Shown here piece after piece: positions 8,625 through 18,895 of a DNA stretch of 64,000 nucleotides (positions within the stretch are counted from its first letter, which is position 1; the number at the start of each line of letters is the position of its first letter). The notes beneath the pieces were generated by a model. It was not told the DNA's origin. It saw nothing but the letters and a program-made list of their open reading frames with translations, and did not search any database. Position numbers and translations under genes: made by a program. The DNA lies in contig CAWHTE010000007.1 of NCBI GenBank assembly GCA_963832165.1, forward strand, positions 448,001-512,000, read 5' to 3'. The stretch is from an uncultured delta proteobacterium (lineage in GTDB: Bacteria; Myxococcota_A; UBA9160; SMWR01).

Positions 8625-9619
8625 GCGATGCTGCGGCTTGCGCGGCGCGGATCCGCCGCGGCGCCGGATGGTTCGCGCTGCCCGATCGCGGTCTGCTCCA
8701 GGTGCGCGGCGCCGACCGCGTGCGCTGGACCAACGGAATGGTCTCGAACGACGTGACCGGTCTCGCACCCGGTGCCGAACGCTCTGGCTGCCACGCACTG
8801 CTGCTCACGGCCCAGGGTCGGATCGTCGCCGACCTGCACGTGCTAGCGCGCGAGCAGGAGCTCTGGCTCGAGCTCGCGCGCGACGTGCTGCCGGACGTAC
8901 AGAAGCGCCTCGAGCGCTATGTGATCTCCGACGACGTCGCGCTGTCCGACGCGAGCGACCATTGGCGTCGCTTCGCACTCGAGGGTCCGAGCGCGCCGGC
9001 GCTGCTCGCGCGCGTGGCCGCCGCGCCGATCGATCTCGCGCCCGACAGCGGCGTCGAGCTGTCGATCGCGGGAGCTCCCGTAGTCGCGAGCGCGTGGGGA
9101 TGGAGCGGCGAGGCGGCCTATCAGCTCTTCGTGCCCGCAGCCGCCGCCGATGTCGTCGCGAATGCATTCGCGGCCGCGGGGGAGGGCCTCGAGAAAGCCG
9201 GTGCCGACGTGCTCGAGGTGCTCCGGATCGAAGCGGGCACACCGCAGCAGGGCGCCGAGCTCGGCGAGGACGTTCTGCCCGCCGAGACGGGCCTGATCGG
9301 TCGCGCCGTGAGCTTGTCGAAGGGCTGCTACACGGGCCAGGAGATCGTCGCACGCATGCAGTCGCGCGGCAGCGCGAGTCATCGGCTCGTGGGGCTTCGC
9401 TTTGACGGGGACGTCGATGCGCTCCCGCCGCGCGGCGCACCCGTGCTCGCCGCAGGCCAGACCGTCGGCAGCGTCACCAGCGCGTGTCGCTCCGAGCTCG
9501 CCGGCGCGATCGCGCTCGGCTACGTGCGGAGCGCGCACGCCGAGGCCGGTACCGAGGTGGCGGTCGGCACGGCGCGCGCGCGGGTCGCCACGCTTCCGTT
9601 CGTGCAAGGCCGCGTATAG
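8621..9619 (+). CDS. ygfZ: Folate-binding protein, YgfZ/GcvT family
   Basis: GADRVRWTNGMVSNDV and the signature KGCYTGQE. GTG start overlaps the upstream stop; the N-terminal part of ORF 7778-9619 is spurious. Confidence 0.85.
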   Translation: MSDAAACAARIRRGAGWFALPDRGLLQVRGADRVRWTNGMVSNDVTGLAPGAERSGCHALLLTAQGRIVADLHVLAREQELWLELARDVLPDVQKRLERYVISDDVALSDASDHWRRFALEGPSAPALLARVAAAPIDLAPDSGVELSIAGAPVVASAWGWSGEAAYQLFVPAAAADVVANAFAAAGEGLEKAGADVLEVLRIEAGTPQQGAELGEDVLPAETGLIGRAVSLSKGCYTGQEIVARMQSRGSASHRLVGLRFDGDVDALPPRGAPVLAAGQTVGSVTSACRSELAGAIALGYVRSAHAEAGTEVAVGTARARVATLPFVQGRV

Positions 9620-9652
9620 GTGGGCGAACGAAGCGGATAAGGTGGATGGGCA

Positions 9653-10381
9653 TTGACCGATCGCGTCGTCGTCGTGTTCGCGAAGCGACCCGCGCCCGGC
9701 GCGGTGAAGACGCGCATGTGTCCGCCGCTCTCGCCCGAGCAAGCCGCGCAGCTCTACGCAGCGATGCTCGACGACGTGCTCGCCACCACCGCGGTCGCCG
9801 CCGCCGCTGCGAGAGCGCAGACGTGGCTCGCGGTGGATCCGCCCGACGCGATCGCCGAGCTGCTCTCGCGCTGTCCGCCCGGATTTCGCGGGCATGCGCA
9901 GTGCGGACCGGATCTCTCCGCACGCATGGAGCACGCGGTCGCGAGTGCGGCCGCCGCGGGATTCGATCGGATCCTCTTGCGCGGCAGCGACAACCCCGCA
10001 CTGCCGAGTGCGGCGCTCGGCGAAGGGCTCGCCGCGCTCGACGACGTCGACCTCGCCGTCGGACCCGACAGCGACGGTGGCTACGGCTGGATCGCGCTGC
10101 GCTGCGCGGCGCCGGGCCTGTTCGACCACCCGATGAGCACGGCATCGGTGCTCACGGACACCCTCGCGCGCGCCGCGGCACGCGGACTGCGCGTGCGCAC
10201 GCTCGCTCCCCACTTCGACCTGGACACCGTCGAGGACCTCGCCCGGCTCGCAGCGGCGCGCGCGCGCGGCGAGACGCGCGAGTGTCCGCGCACGCTCGCA
10301 CTGCTCGACGAGCTCGCGCTCTGGCCTAGCGAGGAGCATGCGGAAGCCCAGAATCTCGGCAGGGATTTGCCTTCGATCTGA
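9653..10381 (+). CDS. DUF2064/TIGR04282-like glycosyltransferase-fold protein
   Basis: FAKRPAPGAVKTRM, GSDNP, GPDSDGGY and FDLDTVEDL motifs. Confidence 0.8.
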   Translation: MTDRVVVVFAKRPAPGAVKTRMCPPLSPEQAAQLYAAMLDDVLATTAVAAAAARAQTWLAVDPPDAIAELLSRCPPGFRGHAQCGPDLSARMEHAVASAAAAGFDRILLRGSDNPALPSAALGEGLAALDDVDLAVGPDSDGGYGWIALRCAAPGLFDHPMSTASVLTDTLARAAARGLRVRTLAPHFDLDTVEDLARLAAARARGETRECPRTLALLDELALWPSEEHAEAQNLGRDLPSI

Positions 10382-10430
10382 GCAACCCGGGCCGACCTGG
10401 GCCGGGGTAGGCTCATCGGAGCGCCCTCGC

Positions 10431-10447
10431 GCGGCACGCGGTTTGCT
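10431..10447 (+). promoter_or_regulatory. Sigma54 promoter for glnB-glnA
   Basis: GCGGCACGCGGTTTGCT. Upstream paired boxes AGCCC-N7-CGGCA (10345-10361) and TGCCT-N7-GAGCA (10368-10384). Confidence 0.75.
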
Positions 10448-10510
10448 TTGGTGTGCTCCGTCCCCCCGACCGGATTATTCCCATGCCGACGGGCTGGTGG
10501 GGTACCTTGA

Positions 10511-10915
<405 letters not shown>

Positions 10916-11013
10916 TCGGGCCGGGCCCCTCTGGTTAAAGTCAGTCCCCTGCCCCGGCGTGCGCCGGCGCGGGTATCGAACCCCCAGCTACGAGAATTGC
11001 GAGGAAGTTTCGG

Positions 11014-12429
11014 ATGAACGCCAAAGAGGTGCTCGAGTTCGCCAAGAAGAACAACGTGAAGATCGTCGATCTGCGCTTCACGGATTTCCCGGGTCAGTGG
11101 CAGCACTGCTCGTATCCGATCAGCGAGGTCGACGAGGGCACGTTCGAAGACGGTATGGGCTTCGACGGATCTTCGATCCGCGGTTGGCAGGCGATCAACG
11201 AGAGCGACATGTTGATGGTCCCGGATCCCGAGACCGCGTTCATCGATCCGTTCTTCGATCATCCGACGCTGGTACTGATCTGCAACATCGAAGACCCGAT
11301 CACGCGCCAGCCCTACTCGCGTGACCCGCGCTGGATCGCGCGCAAGGCCGAGACCTACCTCAAGTCGACCGGCTTCGGCGACACCGCGTACTTCGGTCCC
11401 GAGGCGGAGTTCTTCATCTTCAGCGACGCGCGCTTCAGCACGGGCCCCGACCACGGCTTCTACAGCATCAACTCGGATGAGGGCGCTTGGAACACCGGCC
11501 GCGACGAGAGCGGCCGCAATCTCGCCTACAAGCCCCGGCACAAGGAGGGCTACTTCCCGGTCCCGCCGATCGACAGCCAGCAGGACATCCGCAGCGAGAT
11601 GGTGCTCACGATGGAGAAGATCGGCATCCAGGTCGAAGCGCACCACCACGAGGTGGCGACCGCGGGCCAGGCCGAGATCGACATGCGCTTCACGAGCCTC
11701 GTGAAGATGGCCGACCAGCTGCTCATGTACAAATACGTGGTGAAGAACGTCGCGCGCAAGAACGGCCTCACGGCGACGTTCATGCCGAAGCCGCTCTACG
11801 CCGACAACGGCTCGGGCATGCACGTCCACCAGTCGCTCTGGAAGGGCGGCAAGCCGCTCTTCGCAGGCGACGGTTATGCGGGCCTGTCGAAGATGGCCCT
11901 GCACTACATCGGCGGCGTGCTCAAGCACTCGCGCGCGATCGCGGCGATCACGAACCCGACGACGAACTCGTACAAGCGGCTCGTCCCGGGTTACGAGGCG
12001 CCCGTGAACCTCGCGCTGTCTTCGCGCAACCGCTCGGCGTCGTGCCGGATCCCGATGTACTCGCCGAGCCCGAAGGCCAAGCGCGTCGAGGTCCGCTACC
12101 CCGACCCCGCGTGCAACCCGTACCTCGCGTTCGCGGCGATGCTGATGGCTGGCATCGACGGGATCGAGAACAAGATCGATCCGGGACCGCCGCTCGACAA
12201 GAACATCTACGCCCTGTCGCCCGAGGAGCTCAAGGGCATCCCGACGATGCCCGGTCGCCTCGACGAGGCGCTCGACGAGCTCGAGGCGGATCACGACTTC
12301 CTGCTCAAGGGCGACGTGTTCACGGAGGACGTGCTGTCGACCTGGATCGAGTACAAGCGCACGGCCGAGGTCGACGCCGTGCGGATGCGGCCGCATCCGC
12401 ACGAGTTCGAGCTCTACTTCGACGTTTAG
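11014..12429 (+). CDS. glnA: Glutamine synthetase type I
   Basis: [25 protein letters not shown]...[22 protein letters not shown] and the adenylylation-site region DKNIY. Confidence 0.98.
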   Translation: MNAKEVLEFAKKNNVKIVDLRFTDFPGQWQHCSYPISEVDEGTFEDGMGFDGSSIRGWQAINESDMLMVPDPETAFIDPFFDHPTLVLICNIEDPITRQPYSRDPRWIARKAETYLKSTGFGDTAYFGPEAEFFIFSDARFSTGPDHGFYSINSDEGAWNTGRDESGRNLAYKPRHKEGYFPVPPIDSQQDIRSEMVLTMEKIGIQVEAHHHEVATAGQAEIDMRFTSLVKMADQLLMYKYVVKNVARKNGLTATFMPKPLYADNGSGMHVHQSLWKGGKPLFAGDGYAGLSKMALHYIGGVLKHSRAIAAITNPTTNSYKRLVPGYEAPVNLALSSRNRSASCRIPMYSPSPKAKRVEVRYPDPACNPYLAFAAMLMAGIDGIENKIDPGPPLDKNIYALSPEELKGIPTMPGRLDEALDELEADHDFLLKGDVFTEDVLSTWIEYKRTAEVDAVRMRPHPHEFELYFDV

Positions 12430-12473
12430 TCGATGGCGTGACGCGAAGTCACGCGCACCGTCGATCGAATCAC

Positions 12474-12512
12474 GGACCCCGTCGGCAGCTCGCCGGCGGG
12501 GTCCGCTATATT
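12474..12512 (+). terminator. Probable intrinsic terminator after glnA
   Basis: GGACCCCGTCGGC-AGCTC-GCCGGCGGGGTCC stem followed by GCTATATTT. Confidence 0.65.
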
Positions 12513-12659
12513 TCGGCCGTCTAATAATGAGTTGAGGCCGCTGCACCCGACGGCCGCGAAGCGCGGCCGCAGGTGAGCGGCCTCCCCCATGAGAGCGATG
12601 CCAGCGCGGTACGACATCCAAGTCGCCTGCAGCGCGCATCGAGGACGAGGAGGGGCGCT

Positions 12660-12836
12660 GTGCAGACGAGAACCGAATGGACGTTGCGGTGGGAGAGCCT
12701 GCTCTCGAGCGTCGACTCGGAGCTCAGCGCGGCGCGCGAGGCCTTCGCGGGCCCCGGCACGGAGCCGATCCGGAAATGGCTCGGCTGGGCGCTCTACCGC
12801 CTCGCGACGCGGTTGAATCCGGAGATCCGCGACTAG
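12660..12836 (+). CDS. Small hypothetical protein (58 aa)
   Basis: Strong GAGGAGG RBS before GTG 12660; MQTRTEWTLRWESLLSSVDSELSAAREAF...LNPEIRD; fills an otherwise empty gap. Confidence 0.55.
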   Translation: MQTRTEWTLRWESLLSSVDSELSAAREAFAGPGTEPIRKWLGWALYRLATRLNPEIRD

Positions 12837-12851
12837 CAGCTCCCAACTCGG

Positions 12852-12868
12852 TTGGCCCGGGTCTTGCT
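12852..12868 (+). promoter_or_regulatory. Sigma54 promoter for the 79-aa gene
   Basis: TTGGCCCGGGTCTTGCT, followed by GGAGG RBS and ATG 12894. Confidence 0.7.
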
Positions 12869-12893
12869 AACGCAAGCCTGCGGAGGCCGCGGG

Positions 12894-13524
<631 letters not shown>

Positions 13525-13615
13525 TCACCTGGGCCGCGCGCCGCCACGCGCGTATCCCCCCGCGCGAAGCGCAACGTCTCGGAGCGCGCGGCCCCTGGTG
13601 TGGCCGCACTCCAGC

Positions 13616-13631
13616 GCAACCTCCGTGCCAA
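13616..13631 (-). promoter_or_regulatory. Sigma54 promoter for the second PII gene
   Basis: Minus strand TTGGCACGGAGGTTGC (consensus). Confidence 0.85.
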
Positions 13632-13737
13632 GCCGCGCGCAGCCCGGAGCGCGCTCGAAGTAGGCGGAACACGGCTGTCCTGCGCCGGAATCAGCGCGTT
13701 CGGGCCAGCCGAGTCGCAGCCCAGGTCTGCCGAGGAT

Positions 13738-13774
13738 TGCCCAGACGCCGGGCAGGCCGCCTAGTGCGCGGGCA
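13738..13774. promoter_or_regulatory. Tandem NtrC-like enhancer boxes
   Basis: TGCCC-AGACGCC-GGGCA (13738-13754) and CGCCT-AGTGCGC-GGGCA (13758-13774), 20 bp apart, upstream of the sigma54 site. Confidence 0.65.
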
Positions 13775-14112
13775 AGCGCGAATGCTGGCCAGCACGGCGG
13801 TTGCGAAGCCTAACGAGTTCGCGCGATTGGATCGGAGGTGGGGGGCTATGCCAACGCCAGAGAAGATCGCAGCGGAGATTCGCGAGAACGACACAGAACG
13901 GTGACGGAGCGTACGTGTGCTAGGCCGATGTCAAAAATTTGACACACAAAGTTTTCGCGAAGCGTTGCCAAGCCGATTGGATGTGCTTTTATCCGGCCCG
14001 TCCCCCCGCCAAGACCTGTTCCGTTCGCTCGCGCCCAGCGACCCCCGGGTTCCCGGGATGTTCGTCGGGTTGCGATGCATCGGAATAACAACGTGGTCTC
14101 AGGGAGGACACG

Positions 14113-15600
14113 ATGAGGTTGGGAACGAAGCTGGTCGGCCTTATGGTCACGAGCTCGCTCGTAGCCGGGCCGGCGTTTGCGAGCTCCGAGGTCGAGAACG
14201 AGCTCGCCGAAATGCGCGAGCTCGTGAAAGGGCTCGAGCAGAAGGTCGATGCTCAGCAGGAGCAGATGGAGCACCAGAGTGGGATGCTCGAGGACTCTCA
14301 GAAAGCCGTGCGGGATGTGCAGCAGGAGCAGGACGCCCTCTCGGGTGTCGGTGAGTTCTGGCAGGCGATCGATGTGAACATGAGCGTGGCCGGAAGCTAC
14401 GCCTACAACTTCCACAATCCGACGGGACCGACGAATCCGGGGTCGGGGAACTTCTCGAGCAACGGGAACCTGCAGAACACCGGCAATAGCGGCTTGTTCT
14501 ACCCGTTCCACCCGGACCACAACAGCTTCCAGGTCGACCAGGTGTGGTTCGACATCGGGAAGGAAGCCACGGCGGAGAGCCGCGCGGGATTCCACGCGAC
14601 GATTCTGTACGGCACGACGGCGGGCTTCCTGGGCCAGGGCGGGGACAGCACAGCAGTGGTCTCGACCGACCTTGATGGGGACGGGATCCCGGACGTGGGT
14701 CTGTCCGGTGGCGGATCTTCTTTCGCGGTAAGTGGTGGCACCCGCCGCAACAGTTTCGACTCGACGAGCGACTACTACGTGCACCAGGCGTATGTGAACT
14801 GGCTCGCACCGGTGGGCGAAGGCGTCAACTTCACGTTCGGTAAGTTCGCGACGCCGGTAGGCGCCGAGACGGCCGACGCGTCGAAGAACTGGGCGATCAC
14901 CCGCGGCAACGTCTACAACCTGCTCGAGCCGATCGATCACGTCGGCTTGATGGCGAGCACGGACGTGGGTCCGGTCACGCTCGGCGCCGGCGTCGTGAAC
15001 CAGATCAGCCTGGGCACGAGCTCGCCCGACGTGAACTCCGAGAAGAGCTATCTCGCCAAGGTCGGGTTCGGTACCGACATGTTCAGCTTCGCGACGACCG
15101 CGGCCTATGGCGCGGAGGGCCCCGCTAGCTCGTTTAGCACCGACACCAACGGGCAGAGGCTCGGGCTGCTCAACATGCTCGCGAACTTCAACAGCGACGC
15201 CTTCTCGGCCTACGTGAATGCGGACTATCTCTGGGTCGAGGGCGGGGCGCCGGCGGCGTGGGGCGTTTCGGTGGCGGGACACGTCCCGATCACCGAGGTG
15301 CTCTCGGCAGCGCTGCGGCTCGAGTACGTGCGCGACAAGTCGACGGGCGGCATCATCGACGCGCCCGCAACCGACTTCCTGCCGATCGGCACGATCTTCC
15401 GCCACGCGGAGATCTACGGCGCGACCGGTACGATCGCGTACGAGCTCGCCGAGAACCTCACGCTCAAGGGTGAGGTGCGCTGGGATCGCGTCGTCGAAGA
15501 CAACTTCAGCGGCGCGCTTCCGAACGAGTTCCTGACCAACACGGCCGGAGGCTCCAAGGACCAGACCGTGGGCCTGGCCCAGGTCGTCTACGCCTTCTAG
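14113..15600 (+). CDS. Outer-membrane beta-barrel porin (BBP2/DUF3138-like) with N-terminal coiled coil
   Basis: Signal peptide (…GPAFA), coiled-coil stalk, YAYNF, QAYV and GKFATPVGAE motifs, C-terminal VVYAF. Confidence 0.8.
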   Translation: MRLGTKLVGLMVTSSLVAGPAFASSEVENELAEMRELVKGLEQKVDAQQEQMEHQSGMLEDSQKAVRDVQQEQDALSGVGEFWQAIDVNMSVAGSYAYNFHNPTGPTNPGSGNFSSNGNLQNTGNSGLFYPFHPDHNSFQVDQVWFDIGKEATAESRAGFHATILYGTTAGFLGQGGDSTAVVSTDLDGDGIPDVGLSGGGSSFAVSGGTRRNSFDSTSDYYVHQAYVNWLAPVGEGVNFTFGKFATPVGAETADASKNWAITRGNVYNLLEPIDHVGLMASTDVGPVTLGAGVVNQISLGTSSPDVNSEKSYLAKVGFGTDMFSFATTAAYGAEGPASSFSTDTNGQRLGLLNMLANFNSDAFSAYVNADYLWVEGGAPAAWGVSVAGHVPITEVLSAALRLEYVRDKSTGGIIDAPATDFLPIGTIFRHAEIYGATGTIAYELAENLTLKGEVRWDRVVEDNFSGALPNEFLTNTAGGSKDQTVGLAQVVYAF

Positions 15601-15622
15601 TCCGAGCGACTGGATCTGAATC

Positions 15623-15659
15623 AGAGGGGCGCGGCACCCGCACGGGTGTCGCGCCCTTC
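15623..15659. terminator. GC-rich hairpin after the porin
   Basis: GAGGGGCGCGGCACCCG-CA-CGGGTGTCGCGCCCTTC; lies between convergent genes; no U-tract. Confidence 0.5.
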
Positions 15660-15672
15660 GCATTCCGGGCGG

Positions 15673-15717
15673 GCAAGTTTCGCGCAGCGAGCCGAAGGCG
15701 AGCGAAGACCATCAGGC
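15673..15717 (+). repeat. Dispersed GNA-triloop repeat, copy 1
   Basis: GCAAGTTTCGCGCAGCGAGCCGAAGGCGAGCGAAGACCATCAGGC; a degenerate extra copy (CTTCGCGCAGCGCCGAAGGC) follows at 15721-15740. Confidence 0.9.
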
Positions 15718-15751
15718 ATGCTTCGCGCAGCGCCGAAGGCTCGGAGCCCTT

Positions 15752-16048
15752 TCAGTTCTCGCGCGACTCGCCGCTGTGCGGAGGCGCGCCGAACGTCCAG
15801 GTCGGCACGAGGCCGAGCTTCTCCATCTTCGTGTAGAGCGTGCGCCGGCCGATCCCGAGTGCGCGCGCGGCCGCCGAGCGGTTGCCGCGGTGGTCGCGCA
15901 GTGCGCGCGCGATTCGCCACGCCTCTGCGATCGCGAGGAAGTCGCGCAGCGGCAGCGTTTCGGCGCTGCGCGCAATCTCGTCGAGGCCGACCTCGGCGAC
16001 CGGCGCGGTGTTTCGCGGTAGACGTTCGGAGCGCAGTCCTGCGGCCAT
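15752..16048 (-). CDS. Stand-alone Fis-type (HTH_8) DNA-binding protein
   Basis: GGAG RBS and ATG 16048; IARALRDHRGNRSAAARALGIGRRTLYTKMEKLGL. Confidence 0.8.
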   Translation of the reverse strand: MAAGLRSERLPRNTAPVAEVGLDEIARSAETLPLRDFLAIAEAWRIARALRDHRGNRSAAARALGIGRRTLYTKMEKLGLVPTWTFGAPPHSGESREN

Positions 16049-16221
16049 CGAACGTCTCCAAAGCAACCGCCGTACCATCGCGCGGCGCGCTCCGGCCGCC
16101 GCCACCACTCTCCTGCCGCGCCAATGGGCAATGGATGCCCAGTCGTAGGGCGGGAGAGCGAAGCGATCCCGCCATTGCAGCCCTGGTCATGGCGGGATCC
16201 GCCCTTCGGGCTCCTCCCGCC

Positions 16222-17007
16222 CTACTGCAAGCCGAAGATTTCCTCGACCTGGTAGACCCCCGGAGCGCGGCCCGCGAGCCAGGCCGCTGCGCGCACGGCG
16301 CCCGAGGCGAAGTGGTCGCGCGTCTGGGATCGGTGGACGAGCTCGAGGCGCTCGCCGCGCCCGACGAACATCACCGTGTGCTCACCGGGGTTGTCGCCGC
16401 CGCGCAGCGCCTGGACGCCGATCGCCCCGGGGCGTCGCGCGCCGATCTCACCCGCTCGCTCGAGCACGAGCCGATCTGCCGCGGCGTCGCGTCCCTGCGC
16501 GATCGCCTCGGCGAGCCGCAGCGCGGTGCCGCTCGGCGCATCGCGCTTCGCGGCGTGGTGCAGCTCGACGATCTCGGCGTCGTAGTCGGGGCCGAGCCGC
16601 TCGGCGGCCGCGCGCACGAGCCAGGCGAGCGTGTTCACGGCGAGCGAGAAGTTGGCCGCGCGCACGATCGGGATCCTCGCGCCGAGCGCGTCGAACGCAT
16701 CGGCCTCGGCGCGCGAGAAGCCGGTCGTGCCCGTGACGTACGCGGTGCCCGCGTCGGCGGCCGCGCGCGCGATCGCCAGCGTGGCCTGCGGCACACTGAA
16801 GTCGATCGCGACGTCGCACTCGGCCACGGCGGCTGCGATGTCGTCGCTCACCACCACCCCGTTCTCGACGCGCGCGCCCTGCTCGGGGTGGCCCTTCTCC
16901 TCGAGCGCCGCGGCCAACACGAGCGACGGCTCCTGCGCGAGCGCCGCGCGCACGCACTGGCCCATGCGGCCGAGCGCGCCGACCACGAGCACTCTTCGTG
17001 CGCTCAT
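16222..17007 (-). CDS. dapB: 4-hydroxy-tetrahydrodipicolinate reductase
   Basis: GALGRMG, IDFS, GTTG, ANFS and ELHHAAKRDAPSGTA motifs; ATGA overlap with dapA. Confidence 0.96.
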   Translation of the reverse strand: MSARRVLVVGALGRMGQCVRAALAQEPSLVLAAALEEKGHPEQGARVENGVVVSDDIAAAVAECDVAIDFSVPQATLAIARAAADAGTAYVTGTTGFSRAEADAFDALGARIPIVRAANFSLAVNTLAWLVRAAAERLGPDYDAEIVELHHAAKRDAPSGTALRLAEAIAQGRDAAADRLVLERAGEIGARRPGAIGVQALRGGDNPGEHTVMFVGRGERLELVHRSQTRDHFASGAVRAAAWLAGRAPGVYQVEEIFGLQ

Positions 17008-17879
17008 CCGATCAGCCCGAGCTCCTTGAGCACCACCTGGAGCCGTTCGCGATTCGGCGCCGTGATCGGCGTGAGCGGCAGCCGGATCTCGGGGCCGATC
17101 GCGCCCGCGAGATGCAGCGCCGCCTTGACCGGAATCGGGTTGGTCTCGACGAACAGCGCAGAGATCAGCGGCAACAGGCGCAGGTGGCAGCGGCGCGCCG
17201 TGTCGCCGTCGCCCGCGCGGAACGATCGCACCAGCGACACGAACTCGGAGGGCGCGACGTTCGCCGCGGTCGAGATCACGCCCTTTCCGCCGATCGCGAG
17301 GATCGGCAGCGTGAGCGCGTCGTCGCCCGAGAGCACACAGAAGTCCTCCGGGCAGTGCTGGATCACGTCGGAGATCTGGCCGAGATCGCCGCACGCCTCC
17401 TTGATCCCCACCACCTGCTCGAGATCGGCGAGGCGCGCGACCGTGGCGGGCAGCATGTTGGACGCGGTGCGGCTGGGGACGTTGTAGAGCACGAGCGGGA
17501 ACGCGGTGCGCCGCGCGATCTCTGCGTAGTGGAGGTACAAGCCCTCCTGGGTGGGCTTGTTGTAGTAGGGCGAGATCAAGAGCGCGCCGTCCGCGCCGGC
17601 TTCCTTGGCGTAGATCGTCAGCTCGATCGCCTCGCGCGTGTTGTTCGAGCCGGAGCCCGCCAGGACCGGCACCCGGCCGCGCGTCGCGTGCACCACGATC
17701 TCCACCACGCGCCGGTGCTCGGCGTGCGAGAGCGTCGCGGACTCGCCCGTGGAGCCGCACGGCACGAGGCCGTCGATGCCCGCCTCGATCTGCCGGTCGA
17801 CGAGCGCGCGCAGTGCAGACTCGTCGATCTCACCGTCGCGGAACGGGGTCACGAGCGCCGTCAACACGCCTTCGAACAT
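17004..17879 (-). CDS. dapA: 4-hydroxy-tetrahydrodipicolinate synthase
   Basis: GSTGESATL, PYYNKP, LYNVPSRT, GIKEA and ETNPIPVK motifs. Confidence 0.97.
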   Translation of the reverse strand: MFEGVLTALVTPFRDGEIDESALRALVDRQIEAGIDGLVPCGSTGESATLSHAEHRRVVEIVVHATRGRVPVLAGSGSNNTREAIELTIYAKEAGADGALLISPYYNKPTQEGLYLHYAEIARRTAFPLVLYNVPSRTASNMLPATVARLADLEQVVGIKEACGDLGQISDVIQHCPEDFCVLSGDDALTLPILAIGGKGVISTAANVAPSEFVSLVRSFRAGDGDTARRCHLRLLPLISALFVETNPIPVKAALHLAGAIGPEIRLPLTPITAPNRERLQVVLKELGLIG

Positions 17880-17886
17880 CGCTACC

Positions 17887-18723
17887 TCAGACTCGGATCG
17901 ATCCCGAGAAGACCTCGGACGCGGGGCCCGTCATCTCCACGTGCGCGTCGTCCGCGGGCCACGAGATCTCGAGCACGCCGCCGCGCAGCTCGATCGACAC
18001 CCGCCGGTCGACGGCGCCTCGCAACATGGATACTACGGCCACCGCGCACGCACCGCTCCCGCACGCGAGCGTCTCGCCGGCGCCGCGCTCCCAGGTGCGC
18101 TGTGCGATCCGGCCCCGGTCCAACACCCGCACGAACTCTACGTTCACGCGGTTCGGGAACGCCGGGTGGCGCTCGATGACGCGCCCCCAGCGCTCGACGG
18201 GTGCCGCGTCGACATCGTCCACGTAGATCACCGCGTGCGGGTTGCCCATCGAGACCGACGAAACGCGCAGCTTCTCGCCCTCCACGGCGAGCGGCACGTC
18301 GAGCACGGGCCCGTCGCCCGCGGCGAGCGTGGTGGGAATCTTCGCGGGCGCGAGCACGGGCCGGCCCATGTCCACGGTGACGCGGTCGTCGCCCGCCCAG
18401 CGCGGCCGCACCACACCCGAGAGCGTCTCCACGCCGATCTCGGCGCGGCTCGTGTGACCGTGGTCGCGCAAGTACTTGTAGAACGCGCGGATTCCGTTCG
18501 CGCACATCTCCACCTGGGAGCCGTCCGCGTTCCAGATCTCCATGCGGAAGTCGGCGTTCGTGCCCGCGCGCACCACGAGCAGCTGATCAGCGCCGATCCC
18601 GAAGTGGCGATCGCACAAGCGCGCCGCGAGCGGCTCGATCGGCGGCAGCGCGTCGCGCAGGCCGTCGAGCACGACGAAGTCGTTGCCGGCGCCGTGCATC
18701 TTGGTGAAGCGGAGATCAGTCAT
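17887..18723 (-). CDS. dapF: Diaminopimelate epimerase
   Basis: FTKMHGAGNDF, NADGSQVEMCANG, MGNPH and ERGAGETLACGSG motifs. Confidence 0.97.
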   Translation of the reverse strand: MTDLRFTKMHGAGNDFVVLDGLRDALPPIEPLAARLCDRHFGIGADQLLVVRAGTNADFRMEIWNADGSQVEMCANGIRAFYKYLRDHGHTSRAEIGVETLSGVVRPRWAGDDRVTVDMGRPVLAPAKIPTTLAAGDGPVLDVPLAVEGEKLRVSSVSMGNPHAVIYVDDVDAAPVERWGRVIERHPAFPNRVNVEFVRVLDRGRIAQRTWERGAGETLACGSGACAVAVVSMLRGAVDRRVSIELRGGVLEISWPADDAHVEMTGPASEVFSGSIRV

Positions 18724-18895
18724 GGCGATCGCGCTCGGTGTCGTCGGGTCGATCGGCGTCCTGCGTCACGGGTGCCGCGGCTGCGTCACCGCGCGCGCGC
18801 TCGGCGCGCACGGGCGCGCCGTAGTGACCGCAGGCCGAGAGCGCCGCTGCGATCAGCGCGCAGATCGCCGTCGCCGCGCGAAGCTTGTGAGTCAT
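18716..18895 (-). CDS. Small lipoprotein, LptM/YifL/LppL-like (59 aa)
   Basis: Below the ORF-track size cutoff. MTHKLRAATAICALIAAALSA-CGHYGAPV... has lipobox LSAC, an ATGA overlap with argH and overlaps the dapF start. Confidence 0.75.
   Translation of the reverse strand: MTHKLRAATAICALIAAALSACGHYGAPVRAERARGDAAAAPVTQDADRPDDTERDRHD

Noticed and set aside
13789..13804. CCAGCACGGCGGTTGC as a sigma54 promoter for the porin
   Set aside because: It lacks the invariant GG at -24 and is about 310 bp from the start codon.
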